DNA from: a virus
Taxonomy: Duplodnaviria > Caudoviricetes
Length of the DNA stretch: 55,088 nt
Virus record (IMG/VR): IMGVR_UViG_3300013137_000002
Coordinates: 1 to 55,088 of that record
Reading direction: 5' to 3' (one strand)
A program made the position numbers and the translations under genes. The notes under the pieces were generated by a model. It made no database searches and was not told the origin of the DNA. It saw nothing but the letters and a program-made list of their open reading frames with translations. This document shows, piece after piece, positions 1 to 9,476 of this stretch (position 1 is the first letter of the stretch; every line of letters begins with the position of its first letter).

Positions 1-123
1 AGGCGCTCAGGAAGATACCCCTGGGGGTCAGGCGAAGATCCTTATCAAAGGGCCGTTAGCTTTCGCTCCCATATTCAAGAACTTCGTGATAAAGGCTTAA
101 GTGATGTAGAAATTGCTCGTGGC
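1..123. repeat. Terminal direct repeat (circular assembly overlap), copy 1
   Basis: Bases 1-123 are identical to 54966-55088, and an ORF reads in frame across the join. Confidence 0.97.
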
Positions 124-2619
124 GAAGGGATAACTACAACTCAATTAAGAGCTAGAATGTCCCTTGCTAAGGCCGAACAAAGGTCTGGAGATACTACAGA
201 AGCTTTAAGATTAAAAGACAAGGGCTATTCGAATATGGAAATCGGGAGGAGAATGGGAATAAATGAATCCTCCGTCCGTTCTCTTCTCGACCCTGCCCTC
301 GCTGAAAGAGCTTCAATCACTAGGGCTACATCTAATATGCTTAAAGAAAGTGTTGATGAGAAAAGATTTATAGACATTGGTGCTGGAGTTGAGAATCATG
401 TTGGTGTAAGCCGAACAAAATTAAATACTGCCGTTGCCGAACTTCAAGAACAAGGATATAAAATTCATCGTGTAAACGTTGAACAAATTGGAATACCTGG
501 TCAATTTACAATTGTAAAAGTTTTAGGTGCTCCAGATACCACTTGGCAAGAAGTTGTAAAAGATGTAAGTAAAATTCAAAGTCTAACTGCTAAATCAGAT
601 GATTTTGGAAGAACTTATACTTCGGTTTTAGGTCTAGAACCTATACAAAGTGTTAGCTCTGATCGAATTAAAGTTAGATTTTCTGAAGAAGGTGGTAATT
701 CTAAAGATGGAGTTATTGAACTTCGTCGTGGAGTTAAAGATTTGGATCTCGGTGGTTCTCAATATGCTCAAGTTCGTATTGGAGTAGATGGTACACACTT
801 TCTGAAAGGTATGGCTATTTATAGCGATGACCTTCCAAAAGGAGTTGATATCGTCTTTAACACTAATAAATCAAAAGATGTTGGTAAAAGTGGTGCTATG
901 AAAAAAATGAAAGAAATTGCTGATGATACTGGTGAAAAAAATATTGATCCTGATAATCCTTTTGGATCTACAATTAAAAGACAAAAAGGCGCTCTTAATA
1001 TTGTAAATGAAGAAGGAGATTGGGATACATGGTCTAAAACTATCTCTTCGCAAATCCTTTCTAAACAAACAGTTCCATTAGCCAAAGCTCAACTTGATTT
1101 AGCATTTAAACAAAAACAGGAAGAGTATGATGAAATTATGTCTTTAACAAATCCTGTTGTTAAGAAACAACTTCTCCTTGCTTTTGGTGATGATTGTGAT
1201 GCTTCGGCAGTGCATCTTAAAGCTGCTGCCCTTCCAAGACAGGCATCTAAAGTAATCCTTCCTATTCCTAATATGAAGGAAACAGAGGTTTATGCTCCAA
1301 CCTATAAAGATGGAGAAAGCGTTGTTTTAATTCGACACCCACATGGTGGAACCTTTGAAATACCCCAGCTCACAGTAAACAACCGATCAAAAGCAGCTCA
1401 AGCTGTTATGAAGAATGCTCCTGATGCCATTGGAATAAATCCAAAAGTTGCGCAAAAACTTTCTGGAGCAGACTTCGATGGTGATGCTGTTATAGTAATT
1501 CCAAATAATAGAGGTTTAATAAAGACTTCTGCTTCTTTAAAAGGTCTTGAAAATTTTGATCCTATTACGGCATACAGAATTCCTGAGGGTTCAAAGATAC
1601 CGCCAATAAAACCAAAAACTAAACAGACTAAAATGGGAGAAGTTTCAAATCTAATTACCGATATGACGATTAAGGGTGCTAATGTTGATGAAATTGCTAG
1701 AGCAGTTAGACATTCAATGGTTGTTATAGATTCAGAGAAACATAATTTGGACTATAGACAATCATACATTGATCATGGAATAGCTGCTCTTAGCGAAAAG
1801 TATCAAAATACTAAACGTGGTGGTGCTTCTACTTTAGTTTCTAAAGCTTCTTCTGAAACTAGGGTCGATGCTCGTAAACCAAGAAGTACAAAAGAAGGCG
1901 GTCCTATAGATACTGAGACTGGTATGAAAGTTTATACAAAAACTGGAGAGTCTTATGTAGATTCTAAAGGTCGTACAATAACAAGGAAAATTGCTTCTAC
2001 AAAGATGGCAGAAGAAACTGATGCTTTTAAACTATCTTCTGGTAGACCTATTGAGGAAGTTTATGCAGGCTATGCAAACAACTTAAAGAATTTAGGGAAC
2101 ACAGCTAGGAAGAATGCCATTACAACAATCCCTACTCCTTATAGCCCATCAGCAAGACAGGCCTATGATAAGGAAGTTGCCACCCTCACCGCTCATTTAA
2201 ACACCGCCCTTATGAATAAACCAGTTGAAAGGCAAGCACAGATTCTTGCTAATTCGGTTGTTACAAGAAAACGTCAAGCGAATCCTAATATGGATCCTGA
2301 TGACATTAAAAAAGTCAAAAACCAAGCCCTCGCCGAAGCAAGAACTAGGACTGGCGCAAAGAAGCAACAGATAGAAATCACAGATAAAGAATGGGAAGCT
2401 ATCCAAGCTGGCGCTGTTAGTCCATCTAAATTGACACAGATACTACAAAACACAAATCTTGATAGGATAAAACAATTGGCTACACCAAGAACAACAATCA
2501 TGATGTCACCATCAAAGACAAGTCGTGCTAAATCAATGCTTGCTTCTGGGTATACTCAAGCTGAAATAGCAGATGCTCTTGGTGTTTCTACTTCAACGTT
2601 AGCAAATGCGTTGAAATGA
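1..2619 (+). CDS. Putative single-subunit two-barrel (YonO/QDE-1-like) RNA polymerase with N- and C-terminal HTH segments; true start at 54933, 883 aa across the junction
   Basis: Motifs in order: QVRIG...LKGM, VLIRHPH, LSGADFDGD (DFDGD at 1471-1485), GEVSNLIT, HSMVVIDSEK. HTH-like YSNMEIGRRMGINESSVRSLL and YTQAEIADALGVSTSTL. 54933-54965 (11 codons) plus 1-156 (52 codons) is in frame with the ATG at 157. Confidence 0.75.
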   Translation, partial: RRSGRYPWGSGEDPYQRAVSFRSHIQELRDKGLSDVEIARGEGITTTQLRARMSLAKAEQRSGDTTEALRLKDKGYSNMEIGRRMGINESSVRSLLDPALAERASITRATSNMLKESVDEKRFIDIGAGVENHVGVSRTKLNTAVAELQEQGYKIHRVNVEQIGIPGQFTIVKVLGAPDTTWQEVVKDVSKIQSLTAKSDDFGRTYTSVLGLEPIQSVSSDRIKVRFSEEGGNSKDGVIELRRGVKDLDLGGSQYAQVRIGVDGTHFLKGMAIYSDDLPKGVDIVFNTNKSKDVGKSGAMKKMKEIADDTGEKNIDPDNPFGSTIKRQKGALNIVNEEGDWDTWSKTISSQILSKQTVPLAKAQLDLAFKQKQEEYDEIMSLTNPVVKKQLLLAFGDDCDASAVHLKAAALPRQASKVILPIPNMKETEVYAPTYKDGESVVLIRHPHGGTFEIPQLTVNNRSKAAQAVMKNAPDAIGINPKVAQKLSGADFDGDAVIVIPNNRGLIKTSASLKGLENFDPITAYRIPEGSKIPPIKPKTKQTKMGEVSNLITDMTIKGANVDEIARAVRHSMVVIDSEKHNLDYRQSYIDHGIAALSEKYQNTKRGGASTLVSKASSETRVDARKPRSTKEGGPIDTETGMKVYTKTGESYVDSKGRTITRKIASTKMAEETDAFKLSSGRPIEEVYAGYANNLKNLGNTARKNAITTIPTPYSPSARQAYDKEVATLTAHLNTALMNKPVERQAQILANSVVTRKRQANPNMDPDDIKKVKNQALAEARTRTGAKKQQIEITDKEWEAIQAGAVSPSKLTQILQNTNLDRIKQLATPRTTIMMSPSKTSRAKSMLASGYTQAEIADALGVSTSTLANALK

Positions 2620-2633
2620 GAAAGGAGAGAACG

Positions 2634-2867
2634 ATGAAAGATGTAATGCTAACCACAATCGACAATCCGTTTGATCCTTTTACTCAGTTCGACGAATGGA
2701 AAGCGTTCGATGAGGAAAAAGGATACTTTTCATGCGCTTACTTGGCTAGAATAGTCAAAACAAGTGATGAACTATCGGAAGAGGATGAAGCTTTAGCGAT
2801 TGAACAAGCAATAGATGAAATCGTTAGACTTAATGTATTAGGAATCTATAGGAAGGTTGTGGCATAG
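2634..2867 (+). CDS. Conserved phage hypothetical protein (MLTTIDNPFDPFTQFDEW)
   Basis: ORF with AAAGGAG RBS before the ATG at 2634; acidic protein. Confidence 0.8.
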   Translation: MKDVMLTTIDNPFDPFTQFDEWKAFDEEKGYFSCAYLARIVKTSDELSEEDEALAIEQAIDEIVRLNVLGIYRKVVA

Positions 2868-3079
2868 GGGGAGGGTCTAGCGACTAATACCCCCGTCCAC
2901 ATCGCCTGGCTCCTAAAAAATTCTCCGGGGGAAATTTTAGGGAGTGGCTAAGGTGCGGCGCCGGGCATCGATTAATATTCCGGGGTGGTGAGCCGGGACT
3001 CCTTTCAAGGGTTACTGTCGCCGCATCTTAACGACTCCCTAAAGTATGCCCAATCTACTATGAAAGGGGGTCTTAAGTA
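2868..3079. other. GC-rich structured intergenic region, candidate packaging/cos region
   Basis: Much more GC-rich than its flanks. Inverted repeats at 2910-2944 and at 2936-2960/3019-3043. Lies directly upstream of the packaging genes. Confidence 0.5.
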
Positions 3080-3421
3080 TTGAGTACTTCTGACAAACCA
3101 AAGCAAAACTCACCAAGAACAAGACCTCCGGCAACGACACCAGAGGGAAGAGAAAATCAGTTGATAGCTTTAGCTATGGATTTGGTTGAAAAACGAATCA
3201 TTGCTGGTACAGCATCCTCCCAAGAAACTACACATTTTCTTAAACTGGGTTCGACAAAGGAACGTCTTGAAAAAGAAATTCTTGAGAAGCAGAAAGATCT
3301 CATTACAGCAAAGACGGAGTCAATTCAATCTGCTAAACGTGTTGAGGAGTTGTATGTTAATGCACTCAATGCAATGCGTAAGTATTCTGGAGATAGAAGA
3401 GGTGAAGAAGATGAGGATTAA
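3080..3421 (+). CDS. Putative terminase small subunit
   Basis: Helical 113-aa protein, first gene of the packaging module, upstream of HNH and TerL; call is positional. Confidence 0.5.
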   Translation: MSTSDKPKQNSPRTRPPATTPEGRENQLIALAMDLVEKRIIAGTASSQETTHFLKLGSTKERLEKEILEKQKDLITAKTESIQSAKRVEELYVNALNAMRKYSGDRRGEEDED

Positions 3422-3833
3422 ATCCTATAGAGAACTTTGTCGTCTCCGAACTTTCGAAGAACGATTCGACTATCTAAAGATTGGTGGAGCAGTTGGTAGA
3501 GAGACTTTCGGATTTGAGCGATATCTTAACCAAACTTTCTATCATTCAGGAGAATGGAAATACACAAGGCGTGATATTATTGTAAGAGATAATGGTTGCG
3601 ATCTTGGAATTCCCGATCGTAAAATTTTTAATCGTATAATTGTTCATCACATTAATCCGATAACGATTGAGGACATTGAACTTGGAAGAGACATTGTCTT
3701 CGATCATGACAATCTCATTTGTTGTTCGCATAACACAAGTAATGCAATCCACTATGGAGACGCATCACTGTTAATTAAACTTCCTCAAGAACGCCGGAAA
3801 GGAGATACGCAATTATGGAAAGCAGTATACTAA
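3411..3833 (+). CDS. HNH endonuclease (packaging associated)
   Basis: RDNGCD...IVHHINPI...NLICCSHNTSNAIH; ATG at 3411 follows a GAGGTG RBS. Confidence 0.85.
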   Translation: MRIKSYRELCRLRTFEERFDYLKIGGAVGRETFGFERYLNQTFYHSGEWKYTRRDIIVRDNGCDLGIPDRKIFNRIIVHHINPITIEDIELGRDIVFDHDNLICCSHNTSNAIHYGDASLLIKLPQERRKGDTQLWKAVY

Positions 3834-4159
3834 CTTCTATTAAGAAACTCCTCGGTGTTGATGAGGGGTATACACATTTTGATCCTGATATAACCATACA
3901 TATCAACTCTGCATTTTTCAATCTCAATCAACTTGGTGTTGGACCGACTGTTGGTTTTAGAATTGAAGATAAAGAAGCAGAATGGTCGGAGTTCGTAGGC
4001 GAGAGATTGGATCTTGAAAGTGTTAAGTCTTACGTCTACTTAAAAACTCGTCTCGTGTTTGATCCACCGCAAACAAGTTTTCTGATTGATGCAATAAAAG
4101 ATCAAATTAAAGAACTTGAGTGGAGACTCAACGTTCAAGTGGAAGGAGGAGAAACATAA
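3815..4159 (+). CDS. Putative head-tail connector/adaptor
   Basis: SILTSIKKLLG...VKSYVYLKTRLVFDPP...ELEWRL, typical of gp6-like adaptors. Confidence 0.6.
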   Translation: MESSILTSIKKLLGVDEGYTHFDPDITIHINSAFFNLNQLGVGPTVGFRIEDKEAEWSEFVGERLDLESVKSYVYLKTRLVFDPPQTSFLIDAIKDQIKELEWRLNVQVEGGET

Positions 4160-4160
4160 T

Positions 4161-4727
4161 ATGGCGGATAAAACAAAATCAATCAAGACAGTCACAGATA
4201 AGGAACTTGATGAACTGCTTGTTCGGTTGAGGAAAGAAAACGAAGTTCAAAATTTGATCGGAGACCTTAAACGAAAGAGCACGCCTAATGGTCCTTTCGG
4301 TAATTCTATCTCTTATGATAGACCTGAGGTTAGTACAGAGGCGCCAATCGAATCCTTGTATCACAAGGCTGATGGAACTCTTGCTCACTTTGGAATTACT
4401 GGAATGAAGTGGGGTATTCGTAGAAAGACCGGTCCTGGTGGATTGGTTAACAATCGTGCTGCAACTCCAAAAGGTTCAGCCGATTACTTGAAGTCAAGAG
4501 AGATCAAATCAAAAGGGTATAAGAATCTCTCTACTAAAGAACTTCAGGATTTAACAAAGCGTATGCAGCTTGAAAAGTCACTACGTGAATTGACTGTTAG
4601 TGATTATACAAGAGGCATGGAAGCTGCTAAAGCTGTATTGGCAGTTGGCACAACAGTTGCTTCTATCTATGCTCTAAGTACAACACCAATGGGGCAGGCA
4701 GTTAAGAAAGCCTTAACTAAATCATAA
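4161..4727 (+). CDS. Virion-associated protein with HFGxxGMKWG motif
   Basis: LAHFGITGMKWGIRR; C-terminal hydrophobic helix; GGAGG RBS. Confidence 0.65.
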   Translation: MADKTKSIKTVTDKELDELLVRLRKENEVQNLIGDLKRKSTPNGPFGNSISYDRPEVSTEAPIESLYHKADGTLAHFGITGMKWGIRRKTGPGGLVNNRAATPKGSADYLKSREIKSKGYKNLSTKELQDLTKRMQLEKSLRELTVSDYTRGMEAAKAVLAVGTTVASIYALSTTPMGQAVKKALTKS

Positions 4728-4740
4728 GGAGGATTTCAAA

Positions 4741-5211
4741 ATGGAAGAAAGAAAAGTTAACAATCAATCTTTGGCACATTTTGGAGTCCTCGGTATGAAG
4801 TGGGGGATTAGAAGATTCCAAAACAAAGATGGTTCACTAACCCCAACTGGAAAAAAGAGAGACCTGAAAGAAATTAATAAAGAAATTACCAAACGTAATA
4901 CCGATTTATTTATTAAAAGTAATAACTATGCAGCAAATCGGATTAATGGTAGATGGTTAGAAGAGTTTAACAAAAAATGGAGTACTGCTTTTGAAGGATA
5001 TGACAACTGGCAATCCTCTCCAAAGTACTCAGAGTATGAGAATGCATACATTAAAAACTTGAGTTCTTTGATGAATGAATCTCTACGCAATAATCCTAAG
5101 TCGGTTATAAAGACAAAACTTGGTTCAACGTACACCGCAAGGTATCTGGAACAATCTGGTAATATTGTATGGGCGACTTCAAAAGAATGGAACGAACATG
5201 ATAAAAAATAG
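4741..5211 (+). CDS. Virion-associated protein with HFGxxGMKWG motif
   Basis: N-terminal LAHFGVLGMKWGIRRFQNKDGSLTPTG. Confidence 0.65.
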   Translation: MEERKVNNQSLAHFGVLGMKWGIRRFQNKDGSLTPTGKKRDLKEINKEITKRNTDLFIKSNNYAANRINGRWLEEFNKKWSTAFEGYDNWQSSPKYSEYENAYIKNLSSLMNESLRNNPKSVIKTKLGSTYTARYLEQSGNIVWATSKEWNEHDKK

Positions 5212-5227
5212 CGGAAGGAGGTAACTT

Positions 5228-6973
5228 ATGAGCTTATCGAATACAGCAACTCCTAAGTATTATGCTCAGTTTCGCGAAGAAGTTCTACGAGGGAATATTC
5301 CTGTCTGCAAAGAGATCTCTATGGAGATGAATCGTATAGATGACTTAATCGCAAACCGAGGAGTCTATTATGATGAAGATGCAGTTGAAGGTTTCATCGA
5401 ATATTGCGAATGTGAGCTAACTCTTACGGACGGCGCTGATTTGATGCTCTTAGATACTTTCAAACTTTGGGGGGAGCAAGTCTTCGGTTGGTACTATTTT
5501 GTCGAGCGAAGTGTTTACGAGCCGAATGCTGATGGACATGGTGGTCGCTATGTCCGTAAGATGATTAAGAAACGTTTGATAAACAAACAATACTTAATCG
5601 TAGCTCGTGGTGCTGCTAAATCGATGTATGGTTCTTGTATTCAAAACTACTTCCTTAATGTTGACACATCAACTACTCATCAGATTACTACTGCCCCGAC
5701 AATGAAACAGGCTGACGAAGTCATGTCGCCAATTCGAACTGCTATTACTCGTGCTCGTGGACCACTCTTTCAGTTTTTGACTGAAGGATCTTTACAAAAC
5801 ACCACCGGTTCTAAAGCTAATCGTGTGAAACTCGCCTCGACTAAGAAAGGAATTGAGAACTTCCTAACTGGTTCTATTCTTGAGATTCGTCCGATGAGCG
5901 TTGACAAGTTACAAGGTCTTAGACCGAAAGTAGCAACTGTTGATGAATGGCTGTCTGGTGACATTCGCGAAGATGTTGTTGGAGCAATCGAGCAAGGAGC
6001 CTCAAAGTTAGACGACTATCTTATCATTGCCATGAGTTCTGAAGGTACTGTCCGTAATAGTTCGGGTGATACCATCAAAATGGAACTCATGAACATACTT
6101 AAGGGCGAGTACATAAATCCCCATGTTTCAATTTGGTATTATCGGCTTGACGATATACAAGAAGTTAGTGACCCCGCAATGTGGGTAAAGGCTAATCCAA
6201 ATCTTGGAAAGACTGTTACCTACGAAACTTACCAACTTGATGTTGAGCGTGCTGAGAATGCTCCGGCTACGCGCAATGATATTCTTGCAAAAAGATTTGG
6301 AATTCCAATGGAAGGCTATACCTACTTCTTTACTTATGAAGAGACATTACCTCATCGGAAAAGGGAGTTCTGGTCATTGCCATGTGCCATGGGAGCCGAT
6401 CTTTCACAAGGAGATGACTTCTGTGCCTTTACTTTTCTCTTTCCTTTACCTGGAGAGAAGTTCGGAATTAAGACACGCTGTTATATTTCATCCCTAACAT
6501 TAATGAAACTTCCAGGAGCAATGCGGGTTAAGTACGATCAATTCATCGAAGAGGGTTCTTTGATGGTATTGGAAAGTACGGTTCTTGACATGATGGACGT
6601 CTATGATGATCTTGACAAATTTATACAAGATTGTCAATATGACGTTCGCTGTTTTGGATTCGACCCGTACAATGCTAAAGAGTTTGTAACCCGTTGGGAG
6701 ACTGAGAATGGTCCGTTTGGTATTGAGAAAGTAATTCAAGGTGTAAAGACGGAATCAGTTCCACTTGGAGAGTTAAAAACACTTTCTGAAGAACGATTAC
6801 TTATCTTTGACCAAGAATTAATGTCCTTTGCAATGGGTAATGCGATTACTCTTGAGGACACGAATGGTAATCGTAAATTACTTAAGAAGCGATATGATCA
6901 GAAGATTGATAGTGTCGCTGCTTTGATGGATGCTTGGATCGCATACAAGTTAAATAAAGAAACATTCGAATAA
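5228..6973 (+). CDS. terL: Terminase large subunit
   Basis: Walker A-like VARGAAKS, Walker B ATVDE, nuclease motifs GADLSQGDD, FDPYNA, KIDSVAALMDA. Confidence 0.95.
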   Translation: MSLSNTATPKYYAQFREEVLRGNIPVCKEISMEMNRIDDLIANRGVYYDEDAVEGFIEYCECELTLTDGADLMLLDTFKLWGEQVFGWYYFVERSVYEPNADGHGGRYVRKMIKKRLINKQYLIVARGAAKSMYGSCIQNYFLNVDTSTTHQITTAPTMKQADEVMSPIRTAITRARGPLFQFLTEGSLQNTTGSKANRVKLASTKKGIENFLTGSILEIRPMSVDKLQGLRPKVATVDEWLSGDIREDVVGAIEQGASKLDDYLIIAMSSEGTVRNSSGDTIKMELMNILKGEYINPHVSIWYYRLDDIQEVSDPAMWVKANPNLGKTVTYETYQLDVERAENAPATRNDILAKRFGIPMEGYTYFFTYEETLPHRKREFWSLPCAMGADLSQGDDFCAFTFLFPLPGEKFGIKTRCYISSLTLMKLPGAMRVKYDQFIEEGSLMVLESTVLDMMDVYDDLDKFIQDCQYDVRCFGFDPYNAKEFVTRWETENGPFGIEKVIQGVKTESVPLGELKTLSEERLLIFDQELMSFAMGNAITLEDTNGNRKLLKKRYDQKIDSVAALMDAWIAYKLNKETFE

Positions 6974-6993
6974 TCTGTAAAGGAGAGTCGATC

Positions 6994-8118
6994 ATGAATA
7001 ATTTAACTGCTAGAGAAATTAAGTATTTGAATGAGATCAATACTGAGACCGAAAAAATGAAGTTCGGTAACAGAGTTCAGGAGATTATTGAGGGTATTGC
7101 AGAAGGCGTAGGACCTCAGGGACCTCAAGGTGAAGCCGGTCCTCAAGGTGAAGCCGGCCCTCAGGGAGAACAGGGACTTCAGGGTATTCAGGGTGAAGTT
7201 GGACCTCAAGGGGTTCAGGGGGAACCTGGTCCTTATAGTGGTATAACTGAAGGAAGCCCTGTCAATGCTGTTAACGCAACAAAGACATTGACAATATCTG
7301 GTGTGGTTGTTGATGGAGAAACAGTTACTATTGATAACCCAAATACAGAAGGTACGGATACCTATGAGTTCTCTGCTTCTGCAGCATTAAGTGTAGCGGA
7401 AGGAAATATTGCGGTTGATATTAACGCTGCTACTGTAAAGGCAACGGATGGTTTAACCATGGATACAAATCCAACACCCGGCGACACAATGACTATAGGA
7501 ACAAAGGTATTCACTTTCGTTCCTAATGGTACAGCTAATGCTGATGGTGAGATCGATGTAGAGGCACTTCTCGCAGATACACAGGTTAATGTTATTGCTG
7601 CTATCAGAGGTACAGATCATAATGATCCTCATCCTTTGGTAACTTGCGATGAAGCTTTCTTAGCTGATGTTCTTGCGATTACAGCCCTTGTTGGTGGTGC
7701 TGCTGGTAATACTATTGCTACTACTGAAACATTCACTGCCGGAACAAATGTATTCAGCGCCATCAATCTTCAAAATGGAACCGATTGTTCAGCAGCAGAT
7801 GCGGTAACAGCTCTTGTAACTGCTATTACAGCTTCTGATACACAAGGAGTAGGTGCTGTTGATGGTGCAGGTGATACGGTAGTAATAACTGCTGATGTTG
7901 CTGGCGTTGATGCTAACACCATTGCTATCGGTGAAGATATGGATAATGGTACATTTGCTGGCGGAGCAGTTCTGCTAAGTGGTGGTATAGATGGCACTGT
8001 AGGCCAACCATGGGAAGCTAAAGCAGACTCTACATATCTGTATGTATGTAATAACGCTGCTGGTAATACCATATCTGGTAAGAACTGGCGTAGAATAGCC
8101 CTTGGTGCCGTATATTAA
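6994..8118 (+). CDS. Collagen-repeat structural protein (head fibre/decoration-like)
   Basis: Gly-X-Y run GPQGPQGEAGPQ...; Ala/Thr/Gly-rich body; C-terminal YLYVC...WRRIAL. Confidence 0.6.
   Translation: MNNLTAREIKYLNEINTETEKMKFGNRVQEIIEGIAEGVGPQGPQGEAGPQGEAGPQGEQGLQGIQGEVGPQGVQGEPGPYSGITEGSPVNAVNATKTLTISGVVVDGETVTIDNPNTEGTDTYEFSASAALSVAEGNIAVDINAATVKATDGLTMDTNPTPGDTMTIGTKVFTFVPNGTANADGEIDVEALLADTQVNVIAAIRGTDHNDPHPLVTCDEAFLADVLAITALVGGAAGNTIATTETFTAGTNVFSAINLQNGTDCSAADAVTALVTAITASDTQGVGAVDGAGDTVVITADVAGVDANTIAIGEDMDNGTFAGGAVLLSGGIDGTVGQPWEAKADSTYLYVCNNAAGNTISGKNWRRIALGAVY
7111..7233 (+). repeat. Collagen Gly-X-Y coding repeat
   Basis: 9/18-bp periodicity, e.g. cctcaaggtgaagccgg twice. Confidence 0.9.
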
Positions 8119-8138
8119 TCTTATAAGGAGGGGATTTG

Positions 8139-9476
8139 ATGCCGGAACTATTAGCCACAAGATTAAAACATGCCTGGAATGCGTTCAGGAATAGGGACCC
8201 AACTCAAGTTTCCTCTGAGAATAGAGGTATTGGTTATGGTTCCTATGGCCGACAAGATCGGGTTAGGATGCATGTAACCAATGAGCGGTCTGTTATTATC
8301 TCGGTTTATAACCGAATTGCTATTGATGTTTCTGCTGTAAACATTCAACATGTCCGTCTCGATCAAAATGGAAGGTTCGCAGAGACAATCGCTTCTGGGT
8401 TAAATTACATTCTTACATCTGAAGCTAACATAGATCAGACAAATCGTGCGTTTATACAAGATATTGTTATGTCGATGTTTGATGAGGGTGTAGTTGCAGT
8501 TGTGCCGGTGGATACAACAATCGATCCTAAAATTTCTGGATCTTTCGATGTTCAATCGATGCGTACAGGGCGAATTATCTCATGGTTTCCAAAGCATGTA
8601 CGTGTTCGGCTTTACAATGAGAGCAAAGGAATTCAAGAAGAACTTACACTTCCAAAGAGTATGGTCGCAATTATTGAGAATCCCTTATATTCAGTAATGA
8701 ATGAGCCGAATAGTACCTTAAAACGATTACTTAAGAAACTATCAATCCTGGACGCCATTGATGAGCAAAGCGGTGCAGGTAAACTTGACTTAATAATTCA
8801 ACTTCCTTATGTTATTAAGACAGAAGCAAGGAGAAAGCAAGCAGAAGAACGTCGTAAAGACATTGAAGTACAACTTTCTGGTTCTAAGTATGGTATTGCT
8901 TATACCGATGGAACGGAAAGAGTCACACAGTTGAATCGTCCTGCTGAAAACAATCTCATGACACAAATTCAGTATTTAACAAAGATGCTTTATAGTCAAT
9001 TGGGACTTACTGAAGAAGTGTTTAATGGAACAGCCGATGAAAAGACTATGTTAAACTACAACAATAGAACAGTTGTGCCAATTCTGTTAGCTATCATTGC
9101 TGAATTTAAGCGTAAATTCTTGACAAAAACCGCTAGAACCCAGAATCAGTCGATTGAATATTTTAGAGATGCTTTTAGTCTTGTTCCGGTAACCGAGTTG
9201 GCTAATATTGCCGATAAGTTCACTAGAAACGAGATCCTATCATCAAATGAAATTCGATCTGTTATTGGTTATAAACCTTCGAATAATCCGGCGGCTGATG
9301 AACTACGTAATAAGAACCTTAATAAATCTTCTGTTCCTGGATCCGGAGTTGGAGGTGGAGAAGTAAGTCAAAATGGGGTAACAAGTGATCAGGCTATTAA
9401 TCTCTTCGACGAGTTACTAAACGGATTGGAGGGCGATATTGACTCGATCATAGGGGGTGGTGAGGGTGCGAGTTAA
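8139..9476 (+). CDS. Portal protein
   Basis: HK97-like portal features (VYNRIAIDVS...NEIRSVIGYKP); lies between terminase and capsid. Confidence 0.9.
   Translation: MPELLATRLKHAWNAFRNRDPTQVSSENRGIGYGSYGRQDRVRMHVTNERSVIISVYNRIAIDVSAVNIQHVRLDQNGRFAETIASGLNYILTSEANIDQTNRAFIQDIVMSMFDEGVVAVVPVDTTIDPKISGSFDVQSMRTGRIISWFPKHVRVRLYNESKGIQEELTLPKSMVAIIENPLYSVMNEPNSTLKRLLKKLSILDAIDEQSGAGKLDLIIQLPYVIKTEARRKQAEERRKDIEVQLSGSKYGIAYTDGTERVTQLNRPAENNLMTQIQYLTKMLYSQLGLTEEVFNGTADEKTMLNYNNRTVVPILLAIIAEFKRKFLTKTARTQNQSIEYFRDAFSLVPVTELANIADKFTRNEILSSNEIRSVIGYKPSNNPAADELRNKNLNKSSVPGSGVGGGEVSQNGVTSDQAINLFDELLNGLEGDIDSIIGGGEGAS

Noticed and set aside
1-123. 123-bp terminal repeat as a biological terminal repeat
   Set aside because: It falls inside a continuous ORF and is best explained as assembler overlap of a circular contig.
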